A stretch of DNA of 64,000 nucleotides from an uncultured Actinomycetes bacterium (GTDB lineage: Bacteria; Actinomycetota; Thermoleophilia; UBA2241), in NCBI GenBank assembly GCA_963767005.1, contig CAVYCN010000019.1, forward strand, positions 108,080 to 172,079. Direction: 5' to 3'. Shown here one piece after another: positions 44,064 through 53,280 of the stretch (within the stretch, counting starts at the first letter, position 1; each line of letters starts with the position of its first letter). The notes under the pieces are model-generated. The model did no database searches. It had not been told where the DNA came from and worked only from the letters and a program-made list of their open reading frames with translations. The position numbers and the translations under genes are program-made.

Positions 44064-45593
44064 TCACGTCCGCCCGCCGGCCAGCCCGCGCCCGCGCGTG
44101 TCGGTCAGGTTGAAGGCGCAGAACGGCAGCAGCACGCCGTCGGTACGCATGACGTGCAGGTAGCAGTGCGAGAGCCGGTCGAGATCGAGCGTCCAGGCGT
44201 CCTGGAAGGCCATGCCGCTCAGGCTGAACGTGTTGCCGCGCACCTGGCGCAGGATCTCGTCCCACTCCTCTGACCGGGCGGGGCCTTCGACGCCCGGCTG
44301 GTCGGCGGCAACGCCCGAGCGGTCGGCCGCGACGCGCGGCGGCGTCGACCAGCGGCCGGCGACGAGCGCCGCCTTGCGCTCGGGCGCAAGCGCGTCGCCG
44401 GAGCCGCAACACGACGACGAGGGCGTCGTCTCGGCCGGCGCCGGCGTGCAACAGGATGACGCGGGCGCGGCGTCGACCTCGGCCGGCGCGGGGCCGCAAC
44501 ACGAAGATGAGGGTTGCGCTTCGACCGCAGCCGGCGCGGGGCCGCAGCACGAGGCGGGCTCGTGGCGGCGCAGCCGCACGAGGCGGCCGTCGGGCCGGCG
44601 CAGGTACTCGGCCTGGAACGAGCAGAGCGCGTGCTCGCAGTCGCCCGGCCTGAAGTCGTCGAGCGCGATCGCGCCGCGCGACTGCTCGACCAGGGCACGC
44701 ATGACGTCGGGCAGGGTGACGCGGCGCTCGTCGTCGGGCCGGAAGCGACCGTCGTAGCGGCCCAGGTGGGCGAGCGGCTGCACATGGACGCCGCGCACCA
44801 CGGGCAGGTTCGCGAGGGCGAAGTCGAGGATCGCCCCGAGGGCGTCGAGGTTGACCCCGGCGGCCACCGTCGGCACCAGGACGACGCCGAGGCCGGCCGC
44901 GCCGCAGGCCTCGATCGCGCGACGCTTGTCGGCGGCGAGCGGGGCGCCGCGCAGCGCCAGGTACGGCGCGTCGTCGAGCCCGTCGAACTGCAGGAAGACC
45001 GTCGAGAGGCCGGCGGCGGCGAGGGTCGCGGCGTAGCCGGGCGCGCGCGCCAGGCGCAGGCCGTTGGTGTTCAACTGGATGAACGAGAAGCCGTGGTCGC
45101 GACCCCGGGCGACGATCGCCGGCAGGTCGTCGCGCACGGTCGGCTCGCCGCCCGAGAGCTGCACGTTGCAGCCGGGCGCCGTCTCGACCAGGCGGCGATA
45201 CCAGTCGTCGACCGTGGCGAGGCTCGGATCGCCGTCGGCGACGCCGGCGGCCGCATAGCAGACCGGGCACGACAGGTCGCAGCGCGCCGTGACCTCGAGC
45301 AGGACGCAGCACACCCCCTGGGCGTGCTCGGTGCAGGTGCCGCAGCTCGCCGGGCAGGCGGCCGGCGCCGGGTCGACGGGGGCGCCGGCCGCAAGGCCAC
45401 GCCACGCGTCGTAGTCGGGAGGTCCACGCCAGATCAGCGCCCGCGTGACGCCGTGCTCGGGACAGCGGCGCTCGAGGTACACCTCGTCGCCGGCGCGGTC
45501 GAGCCGCCCCGGCACGCGCGCGAGGCACACCGGGCACACAGTCGCCGTCGAGCCGGCGAGGACGCCGGTCGCGGAGGCACCGCGGCAGGTCAT
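44064..45593 (-). CDS. Radical SAM protein (COG1964-like: N-terminal zinc ribbon, C-terminal FxGMxFxDxW...PFCxxN region) carrying an internal 4x SCC Cys-pair repeat
   Basis: From ATG 45593: VCPVCLARVPG...RCPEHG. Radical SAM cluster motif: TARCDLSCPVCY. Then NVQLSGGEPT, FIQLNTNG, FSLSGMAFQDAWTLDLDRLSHCYLHVMRTDGVLLPFCAFN. Insert: EPASCCGPAPAAVEAQPSSSCCGPAPAEVDAAPASSCCTPAPAETTPSSSCCGSG. Intact at 509 aa. Confidence 0.8.
   Translation of the reverse strand: MTCRGASATGVLAGSTATVCPVCLARVPGRLDRAGDEVYLERRCPEHGVTRALIWRGPPDYDAWRGLAAGAPVDPAPAACPASCGTCTEHAQGVCCVLLEVTARCDLSCPVCYAAAGVADGDPSLATVDDWYRRLVETAPGCNVQLSGGEPTVRDDLPAIVARGRDHGFSFIQLNTNGLRLARAPGYAATLAAAGLSTVFLQFDGLDDAPYLALRGAPLAADKRRAIEACGAAGLGVVLVPTVAAGVNLDALGAILDFALANLPVVRGVHVQPLAHLGRYDGRFRPDDERRVTLPDVMRALVEQSRGAIALDDFRPGDCEHALCSFQAEYLRRPDGRLVRLRRHEPASCCGPAPAAVEAQPSSSCCGPAPAEVDAAPASSCCTPAPAETTPSSSCCGSGDALAPERKAALVAGRWSTPPRVAADRSGVAADQPGVEGPARSEEWDEILRQVRGNTFSLSGMAFQDAWTLDLDRLSHCYLHVMRTDGVLLPFCAFNLTDTRGRGLAGGRT
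44400..44560 (-). repeat. In-frame tandem coding repeat (four copies, period 42-48 nt) encoding S-C-C-(G/T)-P-A-P-A units
   Basis: The reverse complement of TCxTGyTGC (Ser-Cys-Cys) occurs at 44406-44414, 44448-44456, 44496-44504 and 44544-44552. The 23-nt string gccggcgcggggccgca(a/g)cacga is repeated at 44482-44504 and 44530-44552. Confidence 0.8.
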
Positions 45594-46015
45594 GGAGCGA
45601 GCAGGCCGCGCGCCGCGAGCAGCTGGGCGGCCTCCTCGTAGGTACGGCTCACGATCGCCGGGCAGGTCGTGAAGCGCGCCATGGGGTCGCCTTTCAGGAT
45701 GTCGTCGCACTCGAGCGTGCCGTACTCGTCCTCGAACCACTCGACGAGCTGCCTGGTGAGCTCGCCGTCGACCGGCGCCGAGCTGCGCAGCGCCATGGCG
45801 AGCAGGCCACCGGTGAGCGCGCCGCAGGTGCGACCCGCGAACAGGCCGAGGCAGAGCGCACCCACGGCGTCGACCATCTGGGCGTTCTCGGCGCCGGTCT
45901 CGTCGAGCGCCATCTGCACCATGATCTGCGTGCAGCAGCGCCCGGACAGGCCGAGCTCGTTCACGCGGCGAGCCACGTCGTCGCTGGCCGGCCGACCGAG
46001 ACTGCCGTCGCTCAT
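45590..46015 (-). CDS. C_GCAxxG_C_C family small redox-active protein
   Basis: Reads LSGRCCTQIMVQMAL...LGLFAGRTCGALTGGLLAM...YGTLECDDIL...FTTCPAIV. This matches the C-GCAxxG-C-C cysteine pattern. 141 aa, with ATGA overlaps at both ends. Confidence 0.75.
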   Translation of the reverse strand: MSDGSLGRPASDDVARRVNELGLSGRCCTQIMVQMALDETGAENAQMVDAVGALCLGLFAGRTCGALTGGLLAMALRSSAPVDGELTRQLVEWFEDEYGTLECDDILKGDPMARFTTCPAIVSRTYEEAAQLLAARGLLAP

Positions 46016-46749
46016 GTCGCGTCCTCTCCTCTTCGCACCGTGCGTCCGTCGCAGCGGGCGACACACAGATAGTAGCCGAGACCACCCCCGCCGCGCAGCA
46101 CTGCCGGCACGGTCGTACGGGCGCTCGCCGTAGCCGCATGGGCGCTCGGCGCGCGCGTGCCGAGCGCGCCGCTGCCGGCCAGGTCCCACACCAGCCGGGC
46201 GAGCACGCTCGAATGGTCCTCCCACGCCTCGACCACGAACCCCCGCTCCGTCAGCAGGCGCCGCGCGGCGTCGGGGTCGCGGCGCCGGAACAGGTCGTTC
46301 ACGAGCAGCCGGCCGCCGGGGCGCAGCACGCGGACCCACTCGGCGACGGCCGCGCCGGGGTCGTCGAGGAGCGACAGCACGCACTCGGCAAGGACGGCGT
46401 CGACGCTCGCGTCGGCGAGCGGCAGGCGCGCGGCGGAGCCCTCGCGCAGGTCGAGGCCGGGACAGCGCTCGCGTCCCTGCCGCAGGAGCGCCGCCGACAC
46501 GTCGACGCCGACGACGCGCAGGCCGAGGCGGTGAGCGAGGTGCTCGGCGGTGACGCCATCGCCGCAGCCGACATCGAGCACGACCGCGCCGCGCGGCAGG
46601 CGGGCCAGAGCGAGGCCCCGCTCGGTCAGCTCGAGGCCGCCGGGGTGGCGACAGCCGCCGGTCAGACCGGGCAGCCCGTCGCCCACACAGACCAGGGGCG
46701 CCGTGAGCCCGCAGCCGACCCCGGCGGACGTCGCCCCCGCACCGCTCAC
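46012..46749 (-). CDS. Class I SAM-dependent methyltransferase with Cys-rich N-terminal extension
   Basis: From GTG 46749 (GTGA overlap): ...GVGCGLTAPLVCVGDGLPGLTGGCRHPGG. Then motif I VVLDVGCGDGVTAEHLA, VVGVDVS, and LRPGGRLLVND. It forms the intact C-terminal part of track ORF 46012-47064. Confidence 0.75.
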   Translation of the reverse strand: MSGAGATSAGVGCGLTAPLVCVGDGLPGLTGGCRHPGGLELTERGLALARLPRGAVVLDVGCGDGVTAEHLAHRLGLRVVGVDVSAALLRQGRERCPGLDLREGSAARLPLADASVDAVLAECVLSLLDDPGAAVAEWVRVLRPGGRLLVNDLFRRRDPDAARRLLTERGFVVEAWEDHSSVLARLVWDLAGSGALGTRAPSAHAATASARTTVPAVLRGGGGLGYYLCVARCDGRTVRRGEDAT

Positions 46750-47552
46750 CGCTGGCGCGCTCCCGCGCTGCGCCGCTCGGTCTCCGCCGCGCCCGTCCGC
46801 GGGCAGCGGCAGTAGACCTTGCGCACGTAGGGCTTCATGCCCGGCGTCGCGGCGCCGTGGCGCACGACCCGCTCGATCATGGTCGCGTCGATCGGCACGA
46901 TGCCGGCGAGCACGTCGACCGGCAGGTGCGAGAAGGCCTCGGGCACGAGCGGCGTGCTCGGCCCCAGCACCAGGGTGCGGACCCGCGGAGCGGTCGCCGC
47001 GAGAAGGTCTTCGATGCTGTCGTTCAGGATCGCGGTCGCCGTCACGATCAGCGCGTCGGCCCACGAGCCGAGCAGCCCGCGGAAGCGTGCGGGGTCGCCC
47101 ATGCCGAGCGACGAGTCGATCACCTCGAGCTCGGCGCCGAGCCCCGGCAGCGTGCCGGCGAGCGGCGGGAAGTAGCCCACCATGCAGACGCGCGTGCCGG
47201 GCCCGATCTCGAGCAGCCGCAGCGAGCGCGACAGCGGCATGCCGCCGTCGTCGTCGAAGCCGCTCGCGCGCTCGCGGTTCAGGGCGTTCACCGTCGCGAG
47301 GCCGATGCTGCGCTGGAACGGATCGTCGCTCAGCAGGCGCTCGAGCAGCTCGGCGGCGGGCTCGCCTTCGACGTCGTGGTAGTGATTGGCGAAGGAGCGG
47401 GTCTCGCGGCCCTCGAGCCAGGTGAACGACAGGCCCAGGCCACCGTCGCCGGTCGTCACCACGGTGTAGCCGAGGCCCACGGTGAGCGCCGTCACCGTGG
47501 TCGCCTGAGCCAGCGGCAGCGCGGTCTCGTAGAGCCGTTGCGTCAGCAGCAT
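46746..47552 (-). CDS. DUF4213/DUF364 (putative heavy-metal chelation, Rossmann-like) domain protein
   Basis: Reads MLLTQRLYETALPLA...VGLGYTVVTTGDGGLGLSFT...GLATVNAL...RVCMVGYFPPL...DALIVTATAILNDSIEDLL...VLGPSTPL. That pattern and the ~270-aa size fit the DUF364 family as I remember it. Intact. Confidence 0.6.
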   Translation of the reverse strand: MLLTQRLYETALPLAQATTVTALTVGLGYTVVTTGDGGLGLSFTWLEGRETRSFANHYHDVEGEPAAELLERLLSDDPFQRSIGLATVNALNRERASGFDDDGGMPLSRSLRLLEIGPGTRVCMVGYFPPLAGTLPGLGAELEVIDSSLGMGDPARFRGLLGSWADALIVTATAILNDSIEDLLAATAPRVRTLVLGPSTPLVPEAFSHLPVDVLAGIVPIDATMIERVVRHGAATPGMKPYVRKVYCRCPRTGAAETERRSAGARQR

Positions 47553-47559
47553 CGGCCGC

Positions 47560-50131
47560 TCACTTGTCCTCGAGCGCAAGTTCGACCTCGCGCATCTGGC
47601 CGGTGGCGAGCTCCTCGGAGACGAGGGCGAGGCCGTGCTCGAGGCAGGTCGGCAGCGTCACCGGAAAGCCGGCCACCAGGTACGAGAGGCTCACCGTGCG
47701 CGGCTCGAGCTCGTGGTCGCCGGCCGCGCAGCGAAAGCGCGGCCGCTCGTCCGGCTCGAAGGCGGCCAGCTCGGGCCAGGGCGGCGGCACGACCTCCATG
47801 CGATGGCTGTAGGCGCTCACGACCTCGAAGCGCTCGCCGGCCGCGGCGTACTCCACCCAGTAGGTCACGCGACCGATCGTGCGAAAGCCGAGCAGCCGGC
47901 CGGTCGCCGGGTCGGCGAAGCGCCGTCCCGTGGCCTCGGAGTGGGCGATCACCTGATGGACCTCTTCGGGGCGGATGAAGCGCTGTTCGAGCAGGTCCTC
48001 GACTCTCGGCCGAGATGCACGAGCCGCTCGCGCCAGGCGCCATCGCTCGCGCCTGCTCGCCCCAGAGGTCGGCCAGCAGGCGGCGCTTGAGGAGCGCGCG
48101 CGCCTCGGCCCGCTGCGTGAGCAGCGGGCCGCGGCGCCGCGCGCGCTCGTCGTAGTCGTCGCCGAAGAGCAGGTCGAGCAGGTGGACGGTCGGCTTGCCG
48201 CGCTCGACGAAGCGGTCGCGGCACATCGCGCAGTAGGCGAGAAAGTCGGTCTCCGACGTGCCCACGCGACGGTCGGCGATGAGGTCGGCCATCTCGCGGT
48301 TCGCGTAGAGCTGCAGGCCGCCGAAGCCGCAGCACTCGGTGCGCTCGCGCGACAGGCCGAGCTCCTCGATCTCCGCACCGCAGGCCGCGAGCAGCTCGCG
48401 CACGGCGGCCTGCACGCCGGTCTGGTAGCGCGCCGTGCAGGAGTCGTGCACGGCCAAGCGGCGCCCCGCCGCCGCGCCGGCCGCGCCGGCCGGCAGCCCG
48501 ACGTCGCGCAGGACCTCCCACAGGGACACCGTCTCGATGCCGGGCAGGTGGGCCGCGAAGACCGTCTCGCAGGTCGGGCAGGCGAGGATCACGCGCGGCG
48601 TGCCGAGGCTCTCGAGCTGCGCGCGCAGGCCGGCCAGGGCGGCGTCGAAGACGCCGCCCTGGCCGGCCCAGTCGGCCGGCGCGCCGCAGCAGTTCAGCAC
48701 CAGGCCGGTGGCCGGCGAGAAGCGCTCACGCAGGTGGGCGTAGACCCGTTCCACGCTGCGCGAATCGGAGGCCGCGAGCTGGCAGCCGGGAAAGAACACG
48801 GCCGCGCTCGCCTGCGTGCCCGGTGCGTGCCGCGCCAAGGCGAACTGGTCGCTGCGGGCGAGCTCGAGGTCGCGCAGCGCGCCGTCGAAGTGCGACGCCG
48901 GCATGCGCCCCTGGCGCACCATCTCGCGGCGCGCGTCGTGGGTCACCTCGGCCATGTCCAGGTCGGTCGGGCAGACTTCGTAGCACAGACGGCACATGCT
49001 GCACGAGTCGATCATCTTGTTGAGCGAGCGCGTGCCGCGGCCCATCGTGACCGTGAGGTTGTTGTAGATGCGGCGCGCGTACAGCCCGGGGTGCGCGCCG
49101 AAGGCCTCGAGGTAGGGGCAGACCTTGACGCACTGCAGGCACTCGCACTGCAGGCAGCGCGCGGCCTCGGCGACGGCCTCGGGACGCGAGTAGCCGGCGG
49201 CCGGGTCGGCCGGCTCGGCCGGCGCCCGCGGCTCGACGCCGTCGAGCTTCACGACCATGCGCGTGCCGTACGAACCGAAGTCGCCGCGCGAGCCGCCCAG
49301 CGACACCCGCTGGAGCTGCCGCTCGATCGACAGGGCGGCGCGACGGCCGTCGGCGATCGAACCGATCGGCGACCACGGCCCGTCGGGCCGTAGCATGCTG
49401 CCGCCGCAGTAGATGTCCGGTTTGCTGGTCGCCAGGGTGACGGGGTCGACGGCGATCCGTCCCTGCTCGTCGAGCTCATAACCCAGGGCGGCGCCGGCGT
49501 CGGCCTCGGCCGTGCCCATGGCCACGAAGATAGCGTCGACGCCGGGCGCGAGCTCAGCGAGGGCGTTGGGCTTCGTAGGGTACTCGAGGGCCACCCGCGT
49601 GAACGGCACGAACTCGGCGCCCGCCGCCATGACCACGGCGCAGTCGGCTTCGAGCTCGGCCGCCGGCAGGGCCTCGCCGGCAAGCTCGCGAGCGCGGCCG
49701 CCGGGACCGTCGCGCTCCTCGAAGATCACGACCGAGTAACCCTTACGGGCGAGCTCGTAGGCGCAGGACAGGCCGGCCAGACCGGCGCCGATCACGGCGA
49801 TGCGGCCGGGCTTCTGGCGACGGAACGTCGTGGCGGGCTTGGGCGGCTCACCGTAGGCCACGGCGGCGCGCTCGATGTCGCGCACGCGGATCGCGCCGCC
49901 CCGCTCGCCCCGCACGCAGGCCGCCTCACAGGGCGCGTCGCAGCAGCGCGCGATGACGTGCGGGAAGGGCACGGCCTGCGTGAACAGCCGGCGAGCCTCG
50001 GCGAAGCCGTCCCGTGCCGCCGCCGCCAGCAACTCCCTGGCGTCGACGTGCACCGGGCAGGCCGTCACGCAGGCGGCCGGCTGGTTCTGGATGCACTGCT
50101 CCTCGAGTTGCAGCAGCCTCTTCTGGTCCAT
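47560..50131 (-). pseudogene. Large multidomain redox protein: GltD-like FeS/FAD-NAD(P) module + 2x[4Fe-4S] + two CCG (HdrB/GlpC-like) domains + unknown C-terminal domain; one frame break near 48000-48050
   Basis: Reads CVTACPVHVD...FPHVIARCCDAPCEAAC, RIAVIGAGLAGLSCAYELARKGYSVVIFE, CLQCECLQCVKVCP...CSMCRLCYEVCP, FFPGCQ...VLNCCGAP, VHDSCT...TECCGFGG. The C-terminal ~150 aa (RVEDLLEQRFIRPEEVHQVIAHSEATG...ELALEDK) lie in the frame of ORF 47560-48378. Confidence 0.7.
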
Positions 50132-50154
50132 GACACATCCACTGTTACAGACAT

Positions 50155-50195
50155 GGCCGGCCGGCGCACCTCCCGCGGGGGCACGCCGGCCGGCC
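50155..50195 (-). terminator. GC-rich hairpin between mop and the downstream redox gene
   Basis: GGCCGGCCGGCG (50155-50166) pairs perfectly with CGCCGGCCGGCC (50184-50195). The 17-nt loop itself contains CCCGCGGG. Confidence 0.4.
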
Positions 50196-50297
50196 GGAGC
50201 GCCGGCCGCCTGGCGGCGGCCGGCGCGGACTTACCGTGCCGCCGATCGACTTCGTCGTCGGCGCTCAGGCATGCGCGGCTTCGCTGCGTGCCTCGCC

Positions 50298-53039
50298 CTA
50301 GAAGGCCTGGATGTCGCGGTCCTTCATCGCCGCGAGGACCTTCTCGGGCAGGGCCGGCAGGTGCCGTACACGAGCCCCACAGGCGTCGTCGATCGCGTTG
50401 ATGATCGCCACGTGCGGAGCGGTGAGCGGCGCCTCGCCGCAGCCCGATGCGCCGTAGGGGCCGAGCGGCCGCGGCGTCTCGAGATACAGCACCGTCAGGT
50501 CGTCGGTGACGTCCTTCGGGTAGGGGATGCCGCAGGCCCGCATGTTGGTGTGCTTCTTCAGGTCCTCGAAGTCCTCGGTCAGCGCGAGACCGATGCCCTG
50601 CGAGAGGCTGCCCCACATCTGGCCGTCGACGTTCAGCCGGCTGTTGATGACGCCCACGTCGGTGCAGATCAGCAGGTGGTCGACGTAGGTCTTGCCGGTC
50701 GCCTCTTCGACCGAGACCTGCGACATGAAGACGCTGTACATCCAGTTGGGGATCGGATGGCCCTGACCGGTCTTCGGGTCGATGAGCACGCCCATCGTCT
50801 GGGTCCAGTTGCCCTCGTAGCGCAGGTCGAGGCCCTCGGCCACCATCTCGTCGTGGGTGCGGTAGGTGCCGTCGCCCTTGGCCATGGCGGCGATGAGCTT
50901 CTCGCAGGCGTCCTTGATGGCGTTGCCGACCAGGACCTGCGAACGGCTGCCGCCGGCGCCGCCGCTGTCGGGGCAGTAGGCGGTGTCGTTCAGGTCGACG
51001 CTGATCTGGTCCATGGCGAGGCCGAGCGGACGCAGCGCTTCGTGCGCCGTGCCGAGCGTGCCGCCGTCGGAGCCCTGGCCGTGGTCCTCCCAGGTGTTGT
51101 AGATGCGCACCGTGTTGTCTGCCCGCAGCTCGGCCGCGGCGTTGGCCACGTCCTCGCCGTCGCCGCCGGCGCCGAAGATGCCGAGCGAGATGCCAATGCC
51201 GCGCTTGATGCCGGCGGGCGCGGGCTCGTCTTTCCAGGCCTTGGCCTTGTCCCAGTAGGGCTTGACCATGTCGAAGAGCTTCTTGAACGAGTAGACCTCG
51301 TACTCCTGGCCCCACGAGTAGGTCGCGCCGGGCTCGGCGAGGTTCCTGTAGCGCAGCTCGAACGGGTCCATGCCCATCTTGCGGGCGAGCTCGTCGACGA
51401 TGCTCTCGCCGGCGAAGAAGGCCTGCGGCGAGCCCCAGGCGCGGAAGGGGGCGCCCCAGCCATGGTTCGTGCGCACCAGGTGGCCGTCGCCACGCATGTT
51501 GGGGATGTTGTAGCCGCCGCCGCAGAGCATGCCCTTCTGCACCAGGTTGTCGCCGAACTCCATGTACGGACCGTGGTCGCACCACCAGTGGTTCTCCATG
51601 GCGAGGAACTTGCCGTTCTCGTCGGCGGCGAGCTTGCAGTGGTACCAGTGCGGCGAGCGCTTGCCGGTGTAGGCGATGCTCATCCAGTAGTCGTACTTGA
51701 GGTAGACCGGCCGACCGGTCGCCATGTGGGCGGCGCCGAGCAGGGCCTCCATCGTCGGGCAGAACTTGTAACCGAAGGTGCCGCCCGTGTTGTTCTGCAC
51801 CATGCGCAGGTTCTCGAGCTCGACACCGAGGCCCTCGTTGATCATCGCCGCGTGGAAGTTCAAGGCCACGCTCTTGGAGTGGATCGTGAGGCGGCCTTCC
51901 TCGTCGGTGTAGGCGAAGCCGCAGTCGGGCTCGAAGTACAGGTGCGGCTGGCGCTGCAGGTAGTACTTGCCTTCGACGACGTGCGCCGCCTTCTCGAAGA
52001 TCGGGTCGGTCTCCTCACCCTTGATCAGGTTCTGGGTGAAGAACATGTTGGGCGTGCCGGGGTAGATGTCGATCGCGTCGTCGGCCATGGCGTCGAGCGC
52101 GTTCATGTACGCGGGCAGCTCCTCGAGCTCAACCTTGACCTTGGGCACCGCGGCCAGCGCCTGCTCGATCGTGGTAGCGCAAACGATCGCCAGGGCGTCG
52201 CCGTACTGGAAGACCTTGGTGTCGCACAGGATCGGGCGCTCCCAGCCGTCGGCCATGACGTCGTCGGGGTACATGACGAGGCCGTTGATACGGTTCTTGC
52301 CCTTGACGTCCTTGTGCGTGACGACCTTGAAGACGCCCGGCATCTTCTCGGCCTCGGACACGTCGATCGAGATGACGTTGGCGTGCGAGACCTGAGCGTG
52401 GACCACGGCGCAGTGCAGCGTCTCGGGGGGCATGCGCAGGTCGTAGTCGGCGCCGTAGAGCATGGTGCCGGTGACCTTGGCGAGGGCCGACGGCTTCGGG
52501 AAACGGGTGTTCCAGATGTGGCCGTCCTCGGGTACCTTGAACGTGAGCTCGTCCTCGCTCATCTCGCCGCGCAGCACCTTGGCGGCGTCGAGCACGGCGT
52601 CGACGAGCGGCTTGTAGCCGGTGCAGCGGCAGACGTTGGCGTGCTTCTGCCACCAGTCGCGGACCTCTTCGCGAGTCGGGTCCGGGTTCTCGTCGAGGAG
52701 CGCCTTGGACGAGACGATGAAGCCCGGCGAGCAGTAGCCGCACTGGGCGCCGCCGTGCAGGATCCAGGCGAGCTGCAGGGCGTGCAGCTTGTCGGGCGTG
52801 CCGATGCCCTCGATCGTCGTGATCTGCGACTCGGCCGGCACGCGCTTCATGGTCGTCGTGCAGGAGCGCACGACCTTGCCGTTCAGGATCACCGAGCAGC
52901 AGCCGCACTGGCCCTGGCCGCAGGCGACCTTGGTACCCAGCAAGCCGACCTGACGACGCAGCACGTCGCTCAGCTTCTGCCTGGGATCGACGATCACGAT
53001 CGTCGGGATCCCGTTGACGTTGATCAGCTTCTTGTCCAT
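50298..53039 (-). CDS. mop: Aldehyde oxidoreductase, Desulfovibrio Mop type (2x[2Fe-2S] + molybdopterin-cytosine-dinucleotide domains, no FAD domain)
   Basis: Intact at 913 aa. Near-colinear with D. gigas MOP as I recall it: VNGIP...GTKVACGQGQCGCCSVILNGKVVRSC...EGIG...LHGGAQCGYCSPGFIVS...CRCTGYKPLVDAV...KDVKGKNRI...PILCD.KVFQYGD...ELPAY...GGTFGYKF...TGKRSP...WEDHGQG...GGSRSQ...GASGCGE...PEKVL. ATG 53039 is preceded by GAGGAG. Confidence 0.92.
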   Translation of the reverse strand: MDKKLINVNGIPTIVIVDPRQKLSDVLRRQVGLLGTKVACGQGQCGCCSVILNGKVVRSCTTTMKRVPAESQITTIEGIGTPDKLHALQLAWILHGGAQCGYCSPGFIVSSKALLDENPDPTREEVRDWWQKHANVCRCTGYKPLVDAVLDAAKVLRGEMSEDELTFKVPEDGHIWNTRFPKPSALAKVTGTMLYGADYDLRMPPETLHCAVVHAQVSHANVISIDVSEAEKMPGVFKVVTHKDVKGKNRINGLVMYPDDVMADGWERPILCDTKVFQYGDALAIVCATTIEQALAAVPKVKVELEELPAYMNALDAMADDAIDIYPGTPNMFFTQNLIKGEETDPIFEKAAHVVEGKYYLQRQPHLYFEPDCGFAYTDEEGRLTIHSKSVALNFHAAMINEGLGVELENLRMVQNNTGGTFGYKFCPTMEALLGAAHMATGRPVYLKYDYWMSIAYTGKRSPHWYHCKLAADENGKFLAMENHWWCDHGPYMEFGDNLVQKGMLCGGGYNIPNMRGDGHLVRTNHGWGAPFRAWGSPQAFFAGESIVDELARKMGMDPFELRYRNLAEPGATYSWGQEYEVYSFKKLFDMVKPYWDKAKAWKDEPAPAGIKRGIGISLGIFGAGGDGEDVANAAAELRADNTVRIYNTWEDHGQGSDGGTLGTAHEALRPLGLAMDQISVDLNDTAYCPDSGGAGGSRSQVLVGNAIKDACEKLIAAMAKGDGTYRTHDEMVAEGLDLRYEGNWTQTMGVLIDPKTGQGHPIPNWMYSVFMSQVSVEEATGKTYVDHLLICTDVGVINSRLNVDGQMWGSLSQGIGLALTEDFEDLKKHTNMRACGIPYPKDVTDDLTVLYLETPRPLGPYGASGCGEAPLTAPHVAIINAIDDACGARVRHLPALPEKVLAAMKDRDIQAF

Positions 53040-53184
53040 AGACCGGCTCCTCTAGAGTCGACAGCAGGCCGCACATTTGCGAAGCGACGAGGCGCGCCAC
53101 AGAGTCACGCCCGCCTGAGCGACGACGACGGAGTCGCGCGACGGCACAGGAACCGAACGCACTGGACGCCGCCTCACCCCACGG

Positions 53185-53215
53185 TGCCCGGATTGTAGCC
53201 GTTGTGCGTTCGCGA
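53185..53215 (-). promoter_or_regulatory. Candidate promoter of mop: -10-like GCTACAATC with upstream palindrome TGTGTTCGCGAACGCACA
   Basis: The plus-strand 9-mer gattgtagc at 53191-53199 is identical to that upstream of fdhA (56212-56220). On the minus strand it reads GCTACAATC (TACAAT). The palindrome, with core TTCGCGAA, is at 53203-53220. Confidence 0.35.
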
Positions 53216-53280
53216 ACACAACGGAGCACGAGTTGGACCGGCAGGCGACGTCACGCTCCCCGCCGGGACATCTTGGCAGA

